A DNA stretch of 47,772 nt, taken from positions 1-47,772 of the IMG/VR virus record IMGVR_UViG_3300030397_000065, one strand, 5' to 3'. The position numbers and the translations under genes are program-made. The DNA is from a virus. Taxonomy: Duplodnaviria; Caudoviricetes. The notes under the pieces were generated by a model. It was not told the DNA's origin, did not search any database, and worked only from the letters and a program-made list of their open reading frames with translations. Of the stretch, positions 46,403-47,772 are shown one piece after another. The number at the start of each line of letters is the position of its first letter. Position 1 is the stretch's first letter.

Positions 46403-47122
46403 TTACGCGGCCTCGGCCAGTTCCGCCTCTGCTTCGGCTTCGGCGGCATCATCATGGGCTTTGGCTTCGATCAAATCATGCCTTGCTTGATTGAGTGTTT
46501 CAGTCAGCAAGTTAATCAGATCAAGGTTATTGCCCTGATAGGCCTCGTCACGTAAAGCGTTCCATGCTTCGACACAAGCACCCTTCGCATCTTCAAGTGC
46601 TGCAATGTCCGGGTTAGCTGCTCGTCGCGCCTCATCCCGCGCATACTGGACAGCATCCCGCACGCTGCGATACGTCGGCTGCTCATCATCTTTGGCCGTG
46701 GTGCTTGGGTCAATCTCATACTCAATCACACCACGCGCAATGCTCGCCACGTTGTTGCCATAGCCTGTAAGCTTGGCTCGGGCTGGCTTATCATCCTTTG
46801 CCGGTATCAGTTCAGCGAACCTGTTACCAGCTACAGCCAATTCCATAGTGATGAGCTTCACGTTCTCACGCCAGCCCTCGACAATGGTGCTTACATCAAT
46901 GCCAGCATTCTTGTCAGCGAAGGCATGAGCCATGTTCACAATGTCAAGCCCTGCCGCGCCCTTGCTCTCACGAGCCGCGTTAGCGTCGGCATCAAGCGTT
47001 GCCATCGTGTCGAAGGCAGCCTTTAGCTTAGACTTCGGAAAGCCCTTGAGCGCAGTGCTATTAGCCTTGCGCAATGCTCGTTGGTCTGCCTTCTGTTTGC
47101 TCTCTTTCTTTCGTGTTGCCAT
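46403..47122 (-). CDS. First early protein, Ala-rich and helical, function unknown
   Basis: AAGGAGTAAGG RBS; own terminator; visibly more GC-rich than neighbouring early genes. Confidence 0.75.
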   Translation of the reverse strand: MATRKKESKQKADQRALRKANSTALKGFPKSKLKAAFDTMATLDADANAARESKGAAGLDIVNMAHAFADKNAGIDVSTIVEGWRENVKLITMELAVAGNRFAELIPAKDDKPARAKLTGYGNNVASIARGVIEYEIDPSTTAKDDEQPTYRSVRDAVQYARDEARRAANPDIAALEDAKGACVEAWNALRDEAYQGNNLDLINLLTETLNQARHDLIEAKAHDDAAEAEAEAELAEAA

Positions 47123-47155
47123 GTTCCTTACTCCTTACTGTGATTAGCTCACACG

Positions 47156-47173
47156 TTTTCACACGTGTGAAAA
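47156..47173. promoter_or_regulatory. Perfect 18-bp palindrome TTTTCACACGTGTGAAAA (operator-like)
   Basis: 16-nt copies at 47311-47326 and 37355-37370; 12-bp core at 24850-24861. Confidence 0.6.
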
Positions 47174-47279
47174 GTCTTGGGTATGCTGACCGAACCACGG
47201 CCCTATCATCCTCCGTCCACCAGCATGACCCCTGTCAATTGGCTACCGCGCGCACGGGCACGGCCTCAACTCAAGGCGT

Positions 47280-47308
47280 ATTGTCTCACACTCCACTTGG
47301 GCTGTCCA
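47280..47308 (-). promoter_or_regulatory. Putative sigma70 early promoter TGGACA-N17-GACAAT with extended -10 TG
   Basis: Points toward the first early gene; palindrome copy sits just upstream of -35. Confidence 0.45.
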
Positions 47309-47342
47309 AGTTTTCACACGTGTGAAGAAAAAACTCCTTATA

Positions 47343-47712
47343 AATCAATGACTTACAGATGTTTACCACTTGGTCAATATCTATATTCTGCGTGCTGCAC
47401 TGCAACAATCCCTTAGATATCAATGACTTAGCTGTATGCTCACTGAATAATCCCTTAGATATCAATGACTTACAGTTAATGAGAATGGTTCGCATCAAGA
47501 ACTATGCCAACTATTAATAACTCTAATGATATCAATGGCTTACGACACTTACTCACAGCTTATCCACATGATTGGCACCCAACAAATCACACGCAACCCA
47601 TTGATATTCCTCAGGTTTCTCTAAGTTGGCACGCTCTTTGCCCATCAGCCTGTGGATAACCTGTGGATAACTCTCTCAAAGTGGCGATAATGTCAATGAA
47701 ATCAATGACTTA
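47343..47712. repeat. Six IHF-consensus sites (WATCAANNNNTTR), including a 24-bp direct repeat
   Basis: 47343-55, 47418-30, 47460-72, 47530-42, 47700-12 (+) and 47594-606 (-); AATCCCTTAGATATCAATGACTTA at 47407 and 47449. Confidence 0.75.
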
Positions 47713-47735
47713 CGGGGGTACCCCCCTGTGGATAA
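47560..47735. promoter_or_regulatory. Four perfect DnaA boxes (TTATCCACA)
   Basis: 47560-68 (+); 47651-59, 47662-70, 47727-35 (TGTGGATAA). Confidence 0.85.
47627..47641 (+). promoter_or_regulatory. Sigma54 -24/-12 consensus element
   Basis: TGGCACGCTCTTTGC = TGGCACG-N4-TTGC. Confidence 0.55.
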
Positions 47736-47755
47736 CTTTTGCGGACCCCCCATCT

Positions 47756-47772
47756 GATCGTGACTGGGAAAC
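47756..47772 (-). other. Random-amplification primer tag (reverse complement)
   Basis: GATCGTGACTGGGAAAC. Confidence 0.9.

Noticed and set aside
47139-47153. CRP-like site TGTGA-N5-TCACA
   Set aside because: Spacer is 5 nt rather than the required 6
47286-47498. 70-aa ORF with KSLISKGL repeats
   Set aside because: Translation by-product of the IHF-like repeats; no RBS
47343-47542. Repeat-spacer pattern resembling a mini CRISPR array
   Set aside because: Repeat core only 12-24 bp, irregular spacing, no cas genes; explained better as IHF consensus sites
47546-47556. SlmA/TetR-like half site CACTTACTCAC
   Set aside because: Only a partial match; too weak to call

Overview
A near-complete ~47.7 kb dsDNA tailed phage genome of podovirus type, arranged as two convergent arms. 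The + arm (0.6-25.7 kb) holds terS, a glycosyltransferase/methyltransferase/structural-protein insert, terL, portal, scaffold, major capsid, tail, ejection proteins and lysis genes. The - arm (47.1 down to 25.7 kb) holds early small genes, a phiEco32/PaP3/LUZ24-type peptide-ligase cluster (GGCT, two COOH-NH2 ligases, class II GATase, ATP-grasp), primase, helicase, an ECF-like sigma factor, SSB, family A DNA polymerase and nucleases. I saw no integrase, repressor, tRNA, rRNA or CRISPR array. The 17-nt terminal inverted repeat is a random-amplification primer tag, not biology. The most striking feature is the right-terminal ~580 bp non-coding region. It is a dense mosaic of apparent host DNA-binding-protein sites: 6 IHF consensus matches, 4 perfect DnaA boxes, sigma54 -24/-12 elements, and RutR-, PhaR- and Fur-like boxes, plus a repeated TTCACACGTGTGAA palindrome. 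Other notable items are a three-copy phage promoter motif (GTCAGAA-N15/16-GTCTATA), twin paralogous micro-peptides flanking terS, twin secreted HExxH metallopeptidases (one early, one in the lysis cassette), a GNAT domain inside an ejection protein, and a 398-aa ejection protein with no Lys, Tyr, Trp or Cys. All calls come from motif recognition by eye; no searches were run.
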